From NCBI RefSeq assembly GCF_046119375.1, contig NW_027362769.1:362824001-362888000 (forward strand): a DNA stretch of 64,000 nt, given 5' to 3'. Source of the DNA: Phyllobates terribilis. Its lineage: Eukaryota. The notes beneath the pieces are model-generated. The model was not told where the DNA came from. It saw only the letters and a list, made by a program, of their open reading frames with translations, and ran no database searches. Position numbers and translations under genes: made by a program. The number at the start of each line of letters is the position of its first letter. The stretch's first letter is position 1. Below are positions 63,869 to 64,000 of the stretch, piece by piece.

Positions 63869-64000
63869 TGTAACGGGTCTGGGAGGTGGAACCTCTGAGC
63901 AACTATACAAAGGGGCAGTCCTTGTAAGGAAGCGGGTGGCTCCCAGGGAAGGCGGGCAGGTAGTCACGGCAAGTGACAGGGACAGTCTCTGGGTAGAAGG
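63869..64000. mobile_element. Probable LTR terminus inserted just after the H4 stem-loop (runs off the window)
   Basis: TGTAACGGG starts 5 nt after the stem and no HDE-like AGAG core sits at the expected position. The other end is not visible. Confidence 0.45.

Overview
Eukaryotic DNA, inferred to be anuran (frog) from its transposon families and a Xenopus-like 18S fragment. The window is a decaying replication-dependent histone cluster: H2B with an N-run, two H3, one full and one partial H1, an H2A fragment and a divergent H4. It has been heavily invaded by nested transposons whose termini and target-site duplications (TSDs) are mostly still readable. Left half: a CR1 LINE is split by an 11.3-kb hAT element. 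That element has an intact 1233-aa transposase ORF and carries a 110-bp satellite, Tc1, L1 and solo-LTR remnants and a degenerate 18S rRNA piece. Two near-identical tandem duplications (8326 and 4352 bp) follow, each with one breakpoint in a 127-bp octamer-containing satellite. Right half: two non-autonomous Helitrons packed with CCAAT hairpin repeats, and a Penelope element with a hammerhead ribozyme. The Penelope is split by a 15-kb hAT-type element, which holds an LTR element encoding a cold-shock-domain protein but no pol. That element in turn holds a near-intact self-priming chromovirus, a Charlie-type MITE and one of the Helitrons. The two most striking observations are (1) the LTR-bounded, tRNA-Ser-primed bicistronic element with a cold-shock domain and (2) unrelated minisatellites behind H2B and H1 that each tandemly amplify the U7-complementary histone downstream element. 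Everything was read by eye without database searches, so novelty claims are untested.
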